From a virus: 64,000 bases of DNA. Positions 1-9,093 of this stretch are shown one piece after another. The notes beneath the pieces are model-generated. The model was not told the DNA's origin, searched no databases, and worked only from the letters and a program-made list of their open reading frames with translations. Both the position numbers and the translations under genes were made by a program. Positions within the stretch are counted from its first letter, which is position 1. Each line of letters starts with the position of its first letter. The stretch spans positions 1-64,000 of the IMG/VR virus record IMGVR_UViG_3300037110_000161, one strand, 5' to 3'.

Positions 1-1
1 C

Positions 2-2611
2 GGGAGGCGTTACGTAGGGCGGGATCACCACCAGCCGGGCGTTGGCCGCCTGGCTCGTCGCTTGCCCCGTGCTGAACGAACTCGCGGGGAGAAGCGGCTG
101 TGCGGAAAAGCCCTCGTCGCCAGGCGTCCGGTCGCCCCAATCGCTTTGGCCACGGAAAACGATGTTGGGACCGCCCACGAATATGCTGCCCGTCAGCGTA
201 ATCCCATCCGTGTTACCCACCGGGAGCGCCCCAGTGGCCCGCAGTCCGATACCGCCCCCGCCCGCGTTGCCCGCCGCAATGTCCGCTTGCGACGGATACG
301 TTACAGTCGGCGACAAGGCCGCCGGCCAATAGTACGGGTCTGCCGCCAACGCGCCCGCCTTCACCGGGGTCGCGCACTCGATGTCGATGCAGTTGTTCGC
401 GGAGTCATACTCCGCCCGCTCGACGATCACGCTGACCGGGCCGGAGGCCACATAGCCCGGCGCGTTGAAGTTCACGCAATCCAGCGCCTCCAGGTTCAGG
501 TGGTTGAGATAGGTGCGGAACTTGAGCCTCTTCCAGGTGTTCGACAACCGGTTCAACCAGAACGTCGCCATCTTCAGGATGATGTCCGGTTGGTTGAAGA
601 TGTACCACTCGTAGTCCTTCTCCAGCAGGCCATAGTGGGCGACGTTGTGCCGCAGGATCATGTACTGCGGCAAGGCTTCCTGGCCCGCGGCGTACTGCTC
701 CGCGCCCGGGACATACGTCATGTACCACTTGACGTTCATCTTCGTCACCACGTCTTCCATGCGGGTGAACTCGACCTCCATGCCCTGCTCGGCGTCGATG
801 TCACTCGGCGTAATCGTGTCCACGGGCGTGGGCTCTTCCGCCAGGTACTTCAGGTAGACCACATTGTCTTCCAGCCAGAACGCGCAACGCGACTGGAAGG
901 CGATCTCCTTCAAGACTTCCACGACGTTCTTCCGCTGCAAGAGCGGGAAATTTGCCGGAAAAGGTGCCAGCTTGGTGCGGACATAATTGAAGCTGGTCGC
1001 GTCATAGGTCAAGTTCGTGTAGTTGTCGATAATGTACTTCAGAATATCGACAATGTTCGGCCCGACCGTGGATTGGAAGGTGACGTACAGGTCGTCCGAC
1101 CAACCCTGGATCAAGTCGCCGTTGGCGTCCTGATAGGCTACGGTGCTCAAAAGCTGCGGCAGGACGATCTCGACGGCGGTTATGCTGCCGTAGTTGACCG
1201 TCTGGACCGTGTACATATCGGGGGTCAACACCACCAATTGTCGTGCGCCGTTGTAGGTGCGATAGGCTTTGACCGCCAACACGGTGCCCGGCGTGATCGA
1301 GGCGATGTAGGTGACCCCGGTGTACAACTTGACCGTCGTGCCCGCGTCCGCCCAGAACTGCTTGAGAATGTAGGGGGTGGCAGGCGTCGGCACGCTCGGC
1401 GTGGTAATCGTAATCGCATCGTAAATGGCGATGCACGGATTGCCGAAATCGCCGCAGAATGAGTCGCAGGGGACGGGAGCTTCGTAATGGACGTGGCTGG
1501 ACGATCCGACCGGCTGGCAGGCAGGAAGTGCCTGGTTCAAGCTGTAGTCGAGCCATTCGTTGTACCAGGCGTTTTCAATGGCAAGCGTCGCCGTGGGATC
1601 GTTGCTGGACTCGATGTAGAAATACTCCCCCTCGAAATGGCCCGTGAAGAGCGCGCCCTTGATGTCCAGAGTGACGGTCTGGTTCTGGGGGAAATCTTCG
1701 CCGCCGAGAATCTGCACGGGGTTGGCACCGGAGCCCAAGAGCAGTTGATGGGCGCGGTCGTACTGCTGGACGCGCTTCTCCTGCGCACAGGCCGCCGCCC
1801 GCACCATCCCCGCCTCCTGCTGGCCGATCTGCGCGTAGATCGCATTGGCCTGGTTCAGGTACTTCTGCGAGGTGACGGCATCCACGGAATCCCAGCAGGA
1901 AGCCACGTTCAACAAGAAGCCCGCGTGGATGGTCTCCTGGGCAAGCTGGGCCAGGCTTTTGGGGTCGTAGGCCGGCTGGGCACCATTGAGCGCTGTACTC
2001 GTGCCGTACTCGGTGACAATCCCAACGCCTTCGAGCAGCGTGCCCTCCACGGCGGCCCCCAGCGACAGCGCCGGGTAGTCGTAAACCAAGCCGAAAACCT
2101 GCGGCCAAGCCTTGCCCACCAGGTCGGCCGGGATGTAGGGGAAATTGCCCTCCTCGGCCGAGAAGCCGCACTCCAAGTCCTCGATCTGCGAGAGGACCGT
2201 GATCTTGACGGTGCGGTCCCGCTCGCTCCAGCTCACCGGACTGTTTATCAACCCCACGAAGGTCACGAACCGGTCGCTCCAGGCAAGACCCGTGAACCAC
2301 TGGTAGAGGCGGACCGTGCGCTTGGTGATGTCGTAAGAATCAAAGAGGGCCTTGATCGAGCCATCCGTGTCGTCCAGGGTGACCTCGATCTGTTTGGACG
2401 AGTTGTTCCAGGTCGTCACGTCGATCGCGTCGTCCAGATTGCCGATCTGGATGATCGCCCCGGGGATCACGGTGCCATCGGGAGTAATGGTGCGATCCGC
2501 GTACTGCTTGGGCTGCACCCCGTCGCGCCAGTCCACTTCCACGATCATAATCGGCTCGTTGCCAAGCCGCTGGGCCAGCGCGGCAAGCCCGTTGGCAGAA
2601 ATGCTACGCAT
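2..2611 (-). CDS. Tail tip / central baseplate (host-specificity J-like) protein, 3' end runs off the window
   Basis: Absent from the ORF track because it has no stop in the window. Manual translation from ATG 2611 (MRSISANGLAALAQRLGNEPIMIVEVDW...) is open for about 870 codons; AAGGAG RBS at 2621-2626; last gene of the tail cluster; beta-rich composition. Confidence 0.75.
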   Translation of the reverse strand, partial: MRSISANGLAALAQRLGNEPIMIVEVDWRDGVQPKQYADRTITPDGTVIPGAIIQIGNLDDAIDVTTWNNSSKQIEVTLDDTDGSIKALFDSYDITKRTVRLYQWFTGLAWSDRFVTFVGLINSPVSWSERDRTVKITVLSQIEDLECGFSAEEGNFPYIPADLVGKAWPQVFGLVYDYPALSLGAAVEGTLLEGVGIVTEYGTSTALNGAQPAYDPKSLAQLAQETIHAGFLLNVASCWDSVDAVTSQKYLNQANAIYAQIGQQEAGMVRAAACAQEKRVQQYDRAHQLLLGSGANPVQILGGEDFPQNQTVTLDIKGALFTGHFEGEYFYIESSNDPTATLAIENAWYNEWLDYSLNQALPACQPVGSSSHVHYEAPVPCDSFCGDFGNPCIAIYDAITITTPSVPTPATPYILKQFWADAGTTVKLYTGVTYIASITPGTVLAVKAYRTYNGARQLVVLTPDMYTVQTVNYGSITAVEIVLPQLLSTVAYQDANGDLIQGWSDDLYVTFQSTVGPNIVDILKYIIDNYTNLTYDATSFNYVRTKLAPFPANFPLLQRKNVVEVLKEIAFQSRCAFWLEDNVVYLKYLAEEPTPVDTITPSDIDAEQGMEVEFTRMEDVVTKMNVKWYMTYVPGAEQYAAGQEALPQYMILRHNVAHYGLLEKDYEWYIFNQPDIILKMATFWLNRLSNTWKRLKFRTYLNHLNLEALDCVNFNAPGYVASGPVSVIVERAEYDSANNCIDIECATPVKAGALAADPYYWPAALSPTVTYPSQADIAAGNAGGGGIGLRATGALPVGNTDGITLTGSIFVGGPNIVFRGQSDWGDRTPGDEGFSAQPLLPASSFSTGQATSQAANARLVVIPPYVTPP

Positions 2612-2642
2612 GTTGTAGGACTCCTTATGTGGTCAACCACAT

Positions 2643-2677
2643 AAGGAGTCTTATGTGGCTAAGGGAGTTATGTGGCG
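2643..2677 (+). repeat. RIT left terminal inverted repeat
   Basis: AAGGAGTCTTATGTGGCTAAGGGAGTTATGTGGCG; matches the reverse complement of 5997-6031 at 33/35 positions. Confidence 0.92.
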
Positions 2678-2740
2678 TCCAATCAGTCCCCCCGGGAATC
2701 AGGGCCGACAGCCAAACTGGACGCCACATAATGTAATCCT

Positions 2741-3757
2741 CTACAGCGTCTTCAGAAACTCCATCAATCCCTTGTCTTCGCGCCAGGGCTTCTTCGGCTT
2801 CTTTCGTCTCTTTCCTTCGACTTCGCAATTTGCCAGGGCTTTTGCCTTCATCTCCAGATCAACCTCTGCGTAAATGTTCGTCGTGTTAAGGCTGACGTGG
2901 CCTAGCCAGGCGCGAATCGTGTTGATGTCCACTCCAGCCCGTAGCAGGTGGGTGGCCGTCGTGTGCCGAATCGTATGGGGACTCACACGTTTCTTCGTAA
3001 TCGAAGGCAGTTTTGCCGCCACCTTCACCACGTGCCGTTCCACCAGTGTGTGAATGCCATATCGCGTTAAGGGCTGTCCACGTCGGTTCAGGAAGACATG
3101 CTCGGACGCCGCCCGGTTGCCAACCAGATCAAGTAGTTCAATAACTGTCTTGGTCCACAAGGGACAGCGGCGAGATTTGTTTCCTTTGCCATGAATGAGA
3201 ACGGACGACATGTCGCGCCCCGGCGTCGATCCCAGGTTGAGGTCGGTGATCCGCACGTGCGCCACCTCATCGGCCCGTGCGCCCGTGTTGTACAGGAACA
3301 GCAGGATGGCATGGTCCCGACGACCTTGAGCGGTGCCGCGGTCTGGCGCGGCTAACAAGGCATCCATCTCATCCTTCTCCAGGTAAGTGACCAAGGGGCG
3401 GTCGCCTTTCTTTAACGGAATGTTCCTGAGTTCCCCGTGCCATGAGAGCTGTGCAGGACTGCGCAAGGCGATGAAATGGCTCAGCGAACGAATCGCCGCC
3501 AGCCTTTGATTGCGCGTTGATGCCCCCCATCCGCGAGTCTTTTCGAGTTCTTTCAGGAAGGCACGAATTCGGGCGGCTGAAAGGTCCCCAATCCTCAGCA
3601 GGTCGAGTCGCCTGCGAGCAGCACGAGCGACGAATGGCAATAACAGGCACAACGTATCGCGGTAACTTCTTTGCGTGTTGCGGGCAAGATTCCGTTCGCT
3701 CACCACGTACTCCAGCAAGAATCGCCGGACCCAGGGGCCAAGTAAGTCGTTACTCAT
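2741..3757 (-). CDS. Tyrosine recombinase (RIT third gene)
   Basis: GARADE, HTIRH, LGH and TNIY catalytic motifs; N-terminal SAM-like domain; GGAGG RBS before ATG 3757. Confidence 0.92.
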   Translation of the reverse strand: MSNDLLGPWVRRFLLEYVVSERNLARNTQRSYRDTLCLLLPFVARAARRRLDLLRIGDLSAARIRAFLKELEKTRGWGASTRNQRLAAIRSLSHFIALRSPAQLSWHGELRNIPLKKGDRPLVTYLEKDEMDALLAAPDRGTAQGRRDHAILLFLYNTGARADEVAHVRITDLNLGSTPGRDMSSVLIHGKGNKSRRCPLWTKTVIELLDLVGNRAASEHVFLNRRGQPLTRYGIHTLVERHVVKVAAKLPSITKKRVSPHTIRHTTATHLLRAGVDINTIRAWLGHVSLNTTNIYAEVDLEMKAKALANCEVEGKRRKKPKKPWREDKGLMEFLKTL

Positions 3758-4682
3758 GGTGTCCCTCCTGTCCAGCATACAGGCCAAAGCGGTTGCCAGC
3801 TTTTTCGAGCAACGCGGGGGTCATGGTGAGATAGACCTGCGTGTTCTCGATGCGAACATGTCCGAGGTAGGTGGACAGTTGTGGCAGCAACTTCTGCACA
3901 TCAGCCCCTTGCTGATACCAGGAGGTGAGGCGATCAACGGCGAACGTGTGGCGCAAGTCATGCAGCCGAGGCTGAAAACGCGCGCTATCGGTTCGGAACA
4001 CCTTAGCTCGCTTGCAGACGAAACGGAAGTAGTTCAGGATCGCCTGAGGGTTTATCCGACCGCCTGTTGTCGTGGTAAAGAATGGCGCCGTCATCTCTCG
4101 CGTCTGGGGCCGTGCGTATGCTGCCAAGACTCGGCCAAGTTGCGGTCCAAAGGGTACCAAATGAGTCTTGAGGAATTTTGTGTGGCGGATCGTCAGGCAA
4201 GAGCCTTTCCAATCCACATCGGCACGTTCCAGGTTGAGTGCCTCCTGGCGTCGCAGCCCAGCGCCATAGAGCAGCAGGAAGATGGTTCGCATGGTACCTG
4301 GTTCCACGCAAGACCGTGGACGATGGATGGTGTCGATTGTCTGTAACAAACGGCGTAGCTCTTCATGTGAGTAGATGTAGGGCACCAAGGGAGGAACCTG
4401 CTGTGGCACCACAGGTGGCAAGGGCGCCACGGACACGTAGCGGCGGCTCGTGGCATAACGGTAAAAGGATCGCAAGATGCCGTACTTGATGTGCCAAGTG
4501 CGGGTGAGCGGCCCGGCTCCCGTCAAGAACTTTTGTACTTGCTTCGGACGGACATCCGCAATATCCGCCCGTGCGCCCATAAAGCGACCGAACTTCCCAA
4601 GATGACCACCGTGTGAAGGAGGGCGGTACCCTAGCGATCTTTGGTAGGCGAGGTACTGTTGAATCAACCGTTGAAGATTCAT
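3750..4682 (-). CDS. Tyrosine recombinase (RIT second gene)
   Basis: GLRRQE, HDLRH, LGH and TQVY motifs; overlaps both neighbours. Confidence 0.92.
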   Translation of the reverse strand: MNLQRLIQQYLAYQRSLGYRPPSHGGHLGKFGRFMGARADIADVRPKQVQKFLTGAGPLTRTWHIKYGILRSFYRYATSRRYVSVAPLPPVVPQQVPPLVPYIYSHEELRRLLQTIDTIHRPRSCVEPGTMRTIFLLLYGAGLRRQEALNLERADVDWKGSCLTIRHTKFLKTHLVPFGPQLGRVLAAYARPQTREMTAPFFTTTTGGRINPQAILNYFRFVCKRAKVFRTDSARFQPRLHDLRHTFAVDRLTSWYQQGADVQKLLPQLSTYLGHVRIENTQVYLTMTPALLEKAGNRFGLYAGQEGHHE

Positions 4683-5884
4683 CGCAGTCCTCCCAAGTCG
4701 AAGTCAGCCACCTGCCGGAGTCCGGCAATGTCCACTTTGGCATAAACGCGCGTGGTGTCAGGATTGGCATGCCCGAGATGGTCGCCAATCTCTTTTAGGC
4801 ACAAGCCTTGGGCCAACAAGTGAGTAGCACAAGCATGGCGAAGGGTGTGCGGCCCGTAATGAGGGGTGGACACGCCGAGTCGCCGCAAACGAATGGCGAC
4901 GACGTGCCACAGCGCCGAGCGAAACGGCCGGATCGGGTGGAGGAGCGTCAAAAACACCTCGCGGTGGTCCGAGCGTGGCCGTACCTCCTTGAGATAACGA
5001 AGGACAGCATCACCCACAGGGCGGATCAACGGATAGGTCCGCGTCCGTCGCGTCTTGGAAGATACGACGGAAAGTAACTCCCGATCCCAGTCGAAATCGC
5101 TGAGCCGGAGATGTCTAACTTCGCCACCCCGGAGACCGTAGATAGCAAAGAGCATGAGGATAGCGCGGTCGCGGATTTCAACCGGCCGACTTCCTTCTGT
5201 CATTGCCAGTAGTCGTCGCACTTCGTCCCAGGATGGCCCAACAGGCAGCGATACCTGGGTGAAAGTGCGAGGACTCCTGATGGCTTGTGCCAGCCCTTTT
5301 CGACACCACTGGCGTTCCTCGGCATACCGAAGAAAGGCGCGCAAGTCACCTGCGAACGTCTGAACCGTTTTCCGTGCGTACCTGTGCTGGTTAATCATCT
5401 CCAAGAACGCCTTGTCAATCTGAGTAATGCTGATCCCGCGAAGGGAACCGTTCTGGCTACCAAGGTCGCCGAGGAATTGCCGCAGGAATGTAGAGCGATG
5501 TGTCACTGTTGAGCTTGAGAAGCCTCTTTCATCTCGCATATAGTTGGCGAAGGATTCGATCCTTCTTGCATAAGGATTGGCAGGCACTGATACTTGCTCC
5601 AGGCGGCCGAGGAATTGGAGCCATCGAGTGGCAAGGGAAATAAAGCCCGACCGCTTGTCGTTGGCCTTCTGCTTGATCTCGTCACGAGAGATGTTTTCGG
5701 CGGGACGGCGAGCCAGTCTGAGAGTGTCTGCGATCCTCAAAAGCCAATCAGCATCGGCTCGTAGCGTCTTGCGGGGCAGCCCACGCTCGGCGAGGTGGGC
5801 GAGAAAGCGGCGTCGCTCCTCCGGCAGCGGGCCAGCATTATGACGCGCCAGCGCGTGCGGTTGTGTGAACAATTGCTCGAACAT
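4679..5884 (-). CDS. Tyrosine recombinase (RIT first gene)
   Basis: GLRGGE, HTLRH, LGH and TRVY motifs; GGAGG RBS. Confidence 0.92.
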   Translation of the reverse strand: MFEQLFTQPHALARHNAGPLPEERRRFLAHLAERGLPRKTLRADADWLLRIADTLRLARRPAENISRDEIKQKANDKRSGFISLATRWLQFLGRLEQVSVPANPYARRIESFANYMRDERGFSSSTVTHRSTFLRQFLGDLGSQNGSLRGISITQIDKAFLEMINQHRYARKTVQTFAGDLRAFLRYAEERQWCRKGLAQAIRSPRTFTQVSLPVGPSWDEVRRLLAMTEGSRPVEIRDRAILMLFAIYGLRGGEVRHLRLSDFDWDRELLSVVSSKTRRTRTYPLIRPVGDAVLRYLKEVRPRSDHREVFLTLLHPIRPFRSALWHVVAIRLRRLGVSTPHYGPHTLRHACATHLLAQGLCLKEIGDHLGHANPDTTRVYAKVDIAGLRQVADFDLGGLR

Positions 5885-5996
5885 AGTCGAACCTCCGAAA
5901 GGGGTGGAAACAAGAGAGACATTTCGACTATGGTACGCAAATTATGTGGCGCAGGAAACGACCAGATCATCTATTTTTCGAGAGAAGGATTGGCTT

Positions 5997-6031
5997 CGCC
6001 ACATAACGTCCTTAGCCACATAAGACTCCTT
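5997..6031 (-). repeat. RIT right terminal inverted repeat
   Basis: CGCCACATAACGTCCTTAGCCACATAAGACTCCTT, inverted copy of 2643-2677. Confidence 0.92.
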
Positions 6032-6413
6032 CAAACTCGATGTCGATGGCCTGCAATTCGCCGCGAGGCATGGGGGCAATCGCCGGCTGGGCCGCGTCGG
6101 GCGTATCAAACTCGAACGGGTTGTTGGTGAAGTTCCCCGCCCACACCCGGCCGCTGTGATCGGTGGCCTGCACCTTGGAGGCGAAGTAGGCGAAGATAAA
6201 GGCCCGCAACTCCAACGCCTTATTGCGCGAGAGCCAGAAGGTCCACTTCAGCTTCCGCCGTCCGCCGCGGCGCTTGACGTAGGTGTAGCGGGTCCCGTCC
6301 ATTGCCAGCTTGCGGCTCACGGAGTCCAGGATCGCTTCGGCGTCGCTGAACTGCGGGCTTGGCAAAAGCGTCGTGGTCTGAAGCGCCGGATAGGGGGCCG
6401 AAAACTGGAACAT
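6012..6413 (-). CDS. Minor tail (distal-tail-like) protein; last codons supplied by the RIT end
   Basis: 133 aa; resembles the C-terminal domain of 6422-8053 (LPSPQF...W.G..TN...EFEG); position just upstream of the tail tip gene. Confidence 0.6.
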   Translation of the reverse strand: MFQFSAPYPALQTTTLLPSPQFSDAEAILDSVSRKLAMDGTRYTYVKRRGGRRKLKWTFWLSRNKALELRAFIFAYFASKVQATDHSGRVWAGNFTNNPFEFDTPDAAQPAIAPMPRGELQAIDIEFEGVLCG

Positions 6414-6421
6414 CGTTGCAC

Positions 6422-8053
6422 CTACGTGGCTAACTCGCCTTCAAACTCGAAGCTCGCCGTATACATGCCTCGCCCATCCTGGGTCATGGGCTCGGTGGTG
6501 TTGGTAATCACCCCCGTCCAGTAGCGCTGCTCCCAGTCCACGTAGCCAATCTCCAGACCCAAATGCGTGGTCATAAAGTCCAGGAGGCCGCGGGCCTCGG
6601 TCTCATTCAAGCCGCTGAAGCTGAGCACTTGCACCTGGACTTTGGGCCAAATCGGATCGGCAAAGACGATGAGCGTGCCGCCGCGGGTCTCGCGGCTGAT
6701 GCGGTTGAATTGCAGCCGGTCCTTGTTGCCCAAGTCGGGCGACCGCAGGGTGAGCCAATCGCTGTAAGGCGGCGCGGCTGGATAAACCAGCGTGCCCGCC
6801 GCCACGCCGGCCACCGGTGACCAGACCAGCGTTGCGGGCGGCACAGGCGAACCGGCCGAAGTCGTACCGATAAAGGGATGGTACCGCCACTCCCAGTCCC
6901 GCCGCACCACAATGAACGCAACGGCCTCTTCCAGCGATAACGCCGAGGTGGCAGAAAAGTTGCGAACGCCGGAGACCTGGGCCACATCGCCCAGCGTCAG
7001 GGCGTCTCGAAGCGCCTTGACTGCGACGGCTGCCGCTGCATCAGCAAATACGAGCGTGCTGGCCGCCAACGGCACTTTGTTCAGGTTGGCCGCTGACACG
7101 AATACCAGCGTATCCGTGGCCATCGCCGGAATCGCCGCCGCGCGAATGACAATGCCCACCGCCTGCTGGCCGAAGGACAACAAGTGGCCGGCTGTGCGCG
7201 GCTGGCCCGGACGTAACGCGGCCGTGGCTACGTCCTGGAGGCCGACTGTGTACGCGACCGCGCCGGCAACCGGATCGTAACTGTAGTAGGTCTGCGACAA
7301 CGGGTCGCTGACTGCGGCGTAAAACGGCCTGATGCAGGTCGCCTGATCCTGCAAAGTCAGGCCCAGGTTGCTCTCGGCGGACACGACGGGCTTATGCACC
7401 ACGTGCGCGGCAAGTACCGCCTGGGCAACGAGCGCTAACTGCGACTGAGCCGTGACATTGTGAATCGTGGACCGGACAAAGCCTGGGGCCAAATCGGTAA
7501 GGCTCAGGGCGTCAGTCCGCCGGCACGCCAATACGATGTTCCGGCTGGCTGCGTCCGCAATCGCCAGGGTATCGACGACATGCTTCGTCTTCTCGACGAT
7601 AGCGTGGTCAGCCAGCGCCAGCTCAATGAATGCGACCTGGCACAGATTGACGTTTACCAACTGCCCCAGGCTGATGCTGTCGGCTGCGCTGCAAAGTTTC
7701 GGCCTGGTCCTTGAGCCAACCGACGCATCCTGCACGTTGAGGCTGTCAATGGCCCGGTTGCGCTTAGTGCCATTGCAAAGGTTGTTGTCGGCAAGATTCA
7801 AGGCGTCCTGAATCTTGCATGAGATCGGCGTCAGACGGGCCGTGTCCGTAAACGTCAGCGCATCGGCAGCAGCAACATTATGAACATTACTCGGCGGAGA
7901 AGCATTGGAGATCAGGTACTCGACGTACTGTCGGCTGACCCGGGCCTTGCCGCTGCCCGTGGCCAGCACCTCGGCGACCTGTCGCGTGACCCGCACCTTC
8001 CCGGCACCCTGGACGAGCACATCTGCGTATTGTCGAGTGGTGCGGAGCGTCAT
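6422..8053 (-). CDS. Minor tail protein with repeated D-x-L-x-L-x-D motifs and a C-terminal distal-tail-like domain
   Basis: 543 aa, Ala/Val/Thr-rich, within the tail cluster. Confidence 0.6.
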   Translation of the reverse strand: MTLRTTRQYADVLVQGAGKVRVTRQVAEVLATGSGKARVSRQYVEYLISNASPPSNVHNVAAADALTFTDTARLTPISCKIQDALNLADNNLCNGTKRNRAIDSLNVQDASVGSRTRPKLCSAADSISLGQLVNVNLCQVAFIELALADHAIVEKTKHVVDTLAIADAASRNIVLACRRTDALSLTDLAPGFVRSTIHNVTAQSQLALVAQAVLAAHVVHKPVVSAESNLGLTLQDQATCIRPFYAAVSDPLSQTYYSYDPVAGAVAYTVGLQDVATAALRPGQPRTAGHLLSFGQQAVGIVIRAAAIPAMATDTLVFVSAANLNKVPLAASTLVFADAAAAVAVKALRDALTLGDVAQVSGVRNFSATSALSLEEAVAFIVVRRDWEWRYHPFIGTTSAGSPVPPATLVWSPVAGVAAGTLVYPAAPPYSDWLTLRSPDLGNKDRLQFNRISRETRGGTLIVFADPIWPKVQVQVLSFSGLNETEARGLLDFMTTHLGLEIGYVDWEQRYWTGVITNTTEPMTQDGRGMYTASFEFEGELAT

Positions 8054-8054
8054 C

Positions 8055-9080
8055 TCAGCCTACCTCCACTCCAAATTGGACGGCGTTGATCGCCGCGGCC
8101 GACCACGCGCTGCCGGTATTGGGGTCTGTCTCGCTGATCCGCGTGGTGGTCACATAATTCGTCAGCGCGATCGCCTGGGCCGCGCCCGCACTCTCGGTTC
8201 CCCCAGACTTGATCTGCGTCTTTACGTTAAAGGCGTTGAGGTCCGTGTCCCGGCAATCGGTGTTGATCTGGACGCCCACGATCGCGCCCACCGTGGGCAG
8301 CGACCCGTAGTGCCACAGTTCTTCCTGGCCCGTCGTCACGCTTTCCAGGTAGGTGGCGTCGTCGTTGGCCGGATTCTCGTTGACCATCGTGTAATGATCC
8401 CCGGAGCCGCTGGGCGTCCATTGGGACAAGTCACCAGTCGCGTTGGGGAAGATCGCCAAGACTTTCACGTTGCCGAGGAAGTCGTTGTTGGCGGACCCAC
8501 TGCCGTCGCAAACATAGAAATCGTCGAAGAAGGGGACGTAGCCAAAGGCGATTGCCAGCTTGACGATGTTATGGTAATTGTCCGACCCCGCCTTGGTGTT
8601 CCCTGTGTAGCTGAACACGACCTGGCTACTGCTCCGCACCACGATCGAGCCGGCCGAAGCGTCACAGATGACCTTCAATTCGATGTACGCCCAGAAGCCC
8701 AGCCGCACCTGAGCCCCCGAGGTGGTGCCGAGGTGGGTGCTGCCCAAGTAAACGTCCAGTTCCGTGCTGCCGGGCGTATAGGTAACGTTGACGCCCAGGG
8801 TCGAGCCATCCATGAAGCCAATCACCGGCCCAGGGGCAGTGTACGGCTGAAAGCCGATGCCTGCGATCAACGTATTGCTGGTTGTCAGCACCGGGGTGTG
8901 AATTTCCCAGGAACCGGAGGTCGGCTGGATGCCCCAGCCGCCCGTGCGACCGGGCACTAGCTGGCAAGAACTGGCGGCGTTGGAGTAAGCGTAGCGACGC
9001 GCCAGACAGTCGCTCGGCGACACGTTGTTGAGGTTACCGGTGCCATAGCCCTCGAACCCGTCGATCCACAATAGCGACAT
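8055..9080 (-). CDS. Virion protein, putative lectin/LamG-like receptor-binding protein (paralog 2)
   Basis: Start MSLLWIDGFE at 9080 with GAGGT RBS; W-x-Y-I-E-L-K and FDDFYVCD beta-sandwich motifs; collinear with 9094-10125. Confidence 0.6.
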   Translation of the reverse strand: MSLLWIDGFEGYGTGNLNNVSPSDCLARRYAYSNAASSCQLVPGRTGGWGIQPTSGSWEIHTPVLTTSNTLIAGIGFQPYTAPGPVIGFMDGSTLGVNVTYTPGSTELDVYLGSTHLGTTSGAQVRLGFWAYIELKVICDASAGSIVVRSSSQVVFSYTGNTKAGSDNYHNIVKLAIAFGYVPFFDDFYVCDGSGSANNDFLGNVKVLAIFPNATGDLSQWTPSGSGDHYTMVNENPANDDATYLESVTTGQEELWHYGSLPTVGAIVGVQINTDCRDTDLNAFNVKTQIKSGGTESAGAAQAIALTNYVTTTRISETDPNTGSAWSAAAINAVQFGVEVG

Positions 9081-9093
9081 GTTCGCACCTCTC

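Larger units (their letters stand above)
2619..6031 (-). mobile_element. RIT element (recombinase in trio)
   Basis: Three overlapping tyrosine recombinase genes, 35-bp terminal inverted repeats, repeated TTATGTGG boxes, and an 8-bp direct repeat GACTCCTT at 2619-2626 and 6024-6031. Confidence 0.92.

Noticed and set aside
62-2644. Long plus-strand ORFs (62-1462, 1487-2644) and the many other antisense ORFs across the virion module
   Set aside because: Shadows of GC3-rich minus-strand genes; the real gene here is the stopless minus-strand frame from 2611.
2741-5884. The three tyrosine recombinases as the prophage integrase
   Set aside because: They lie within their own TIR-bounded element inserted between two tail genes.
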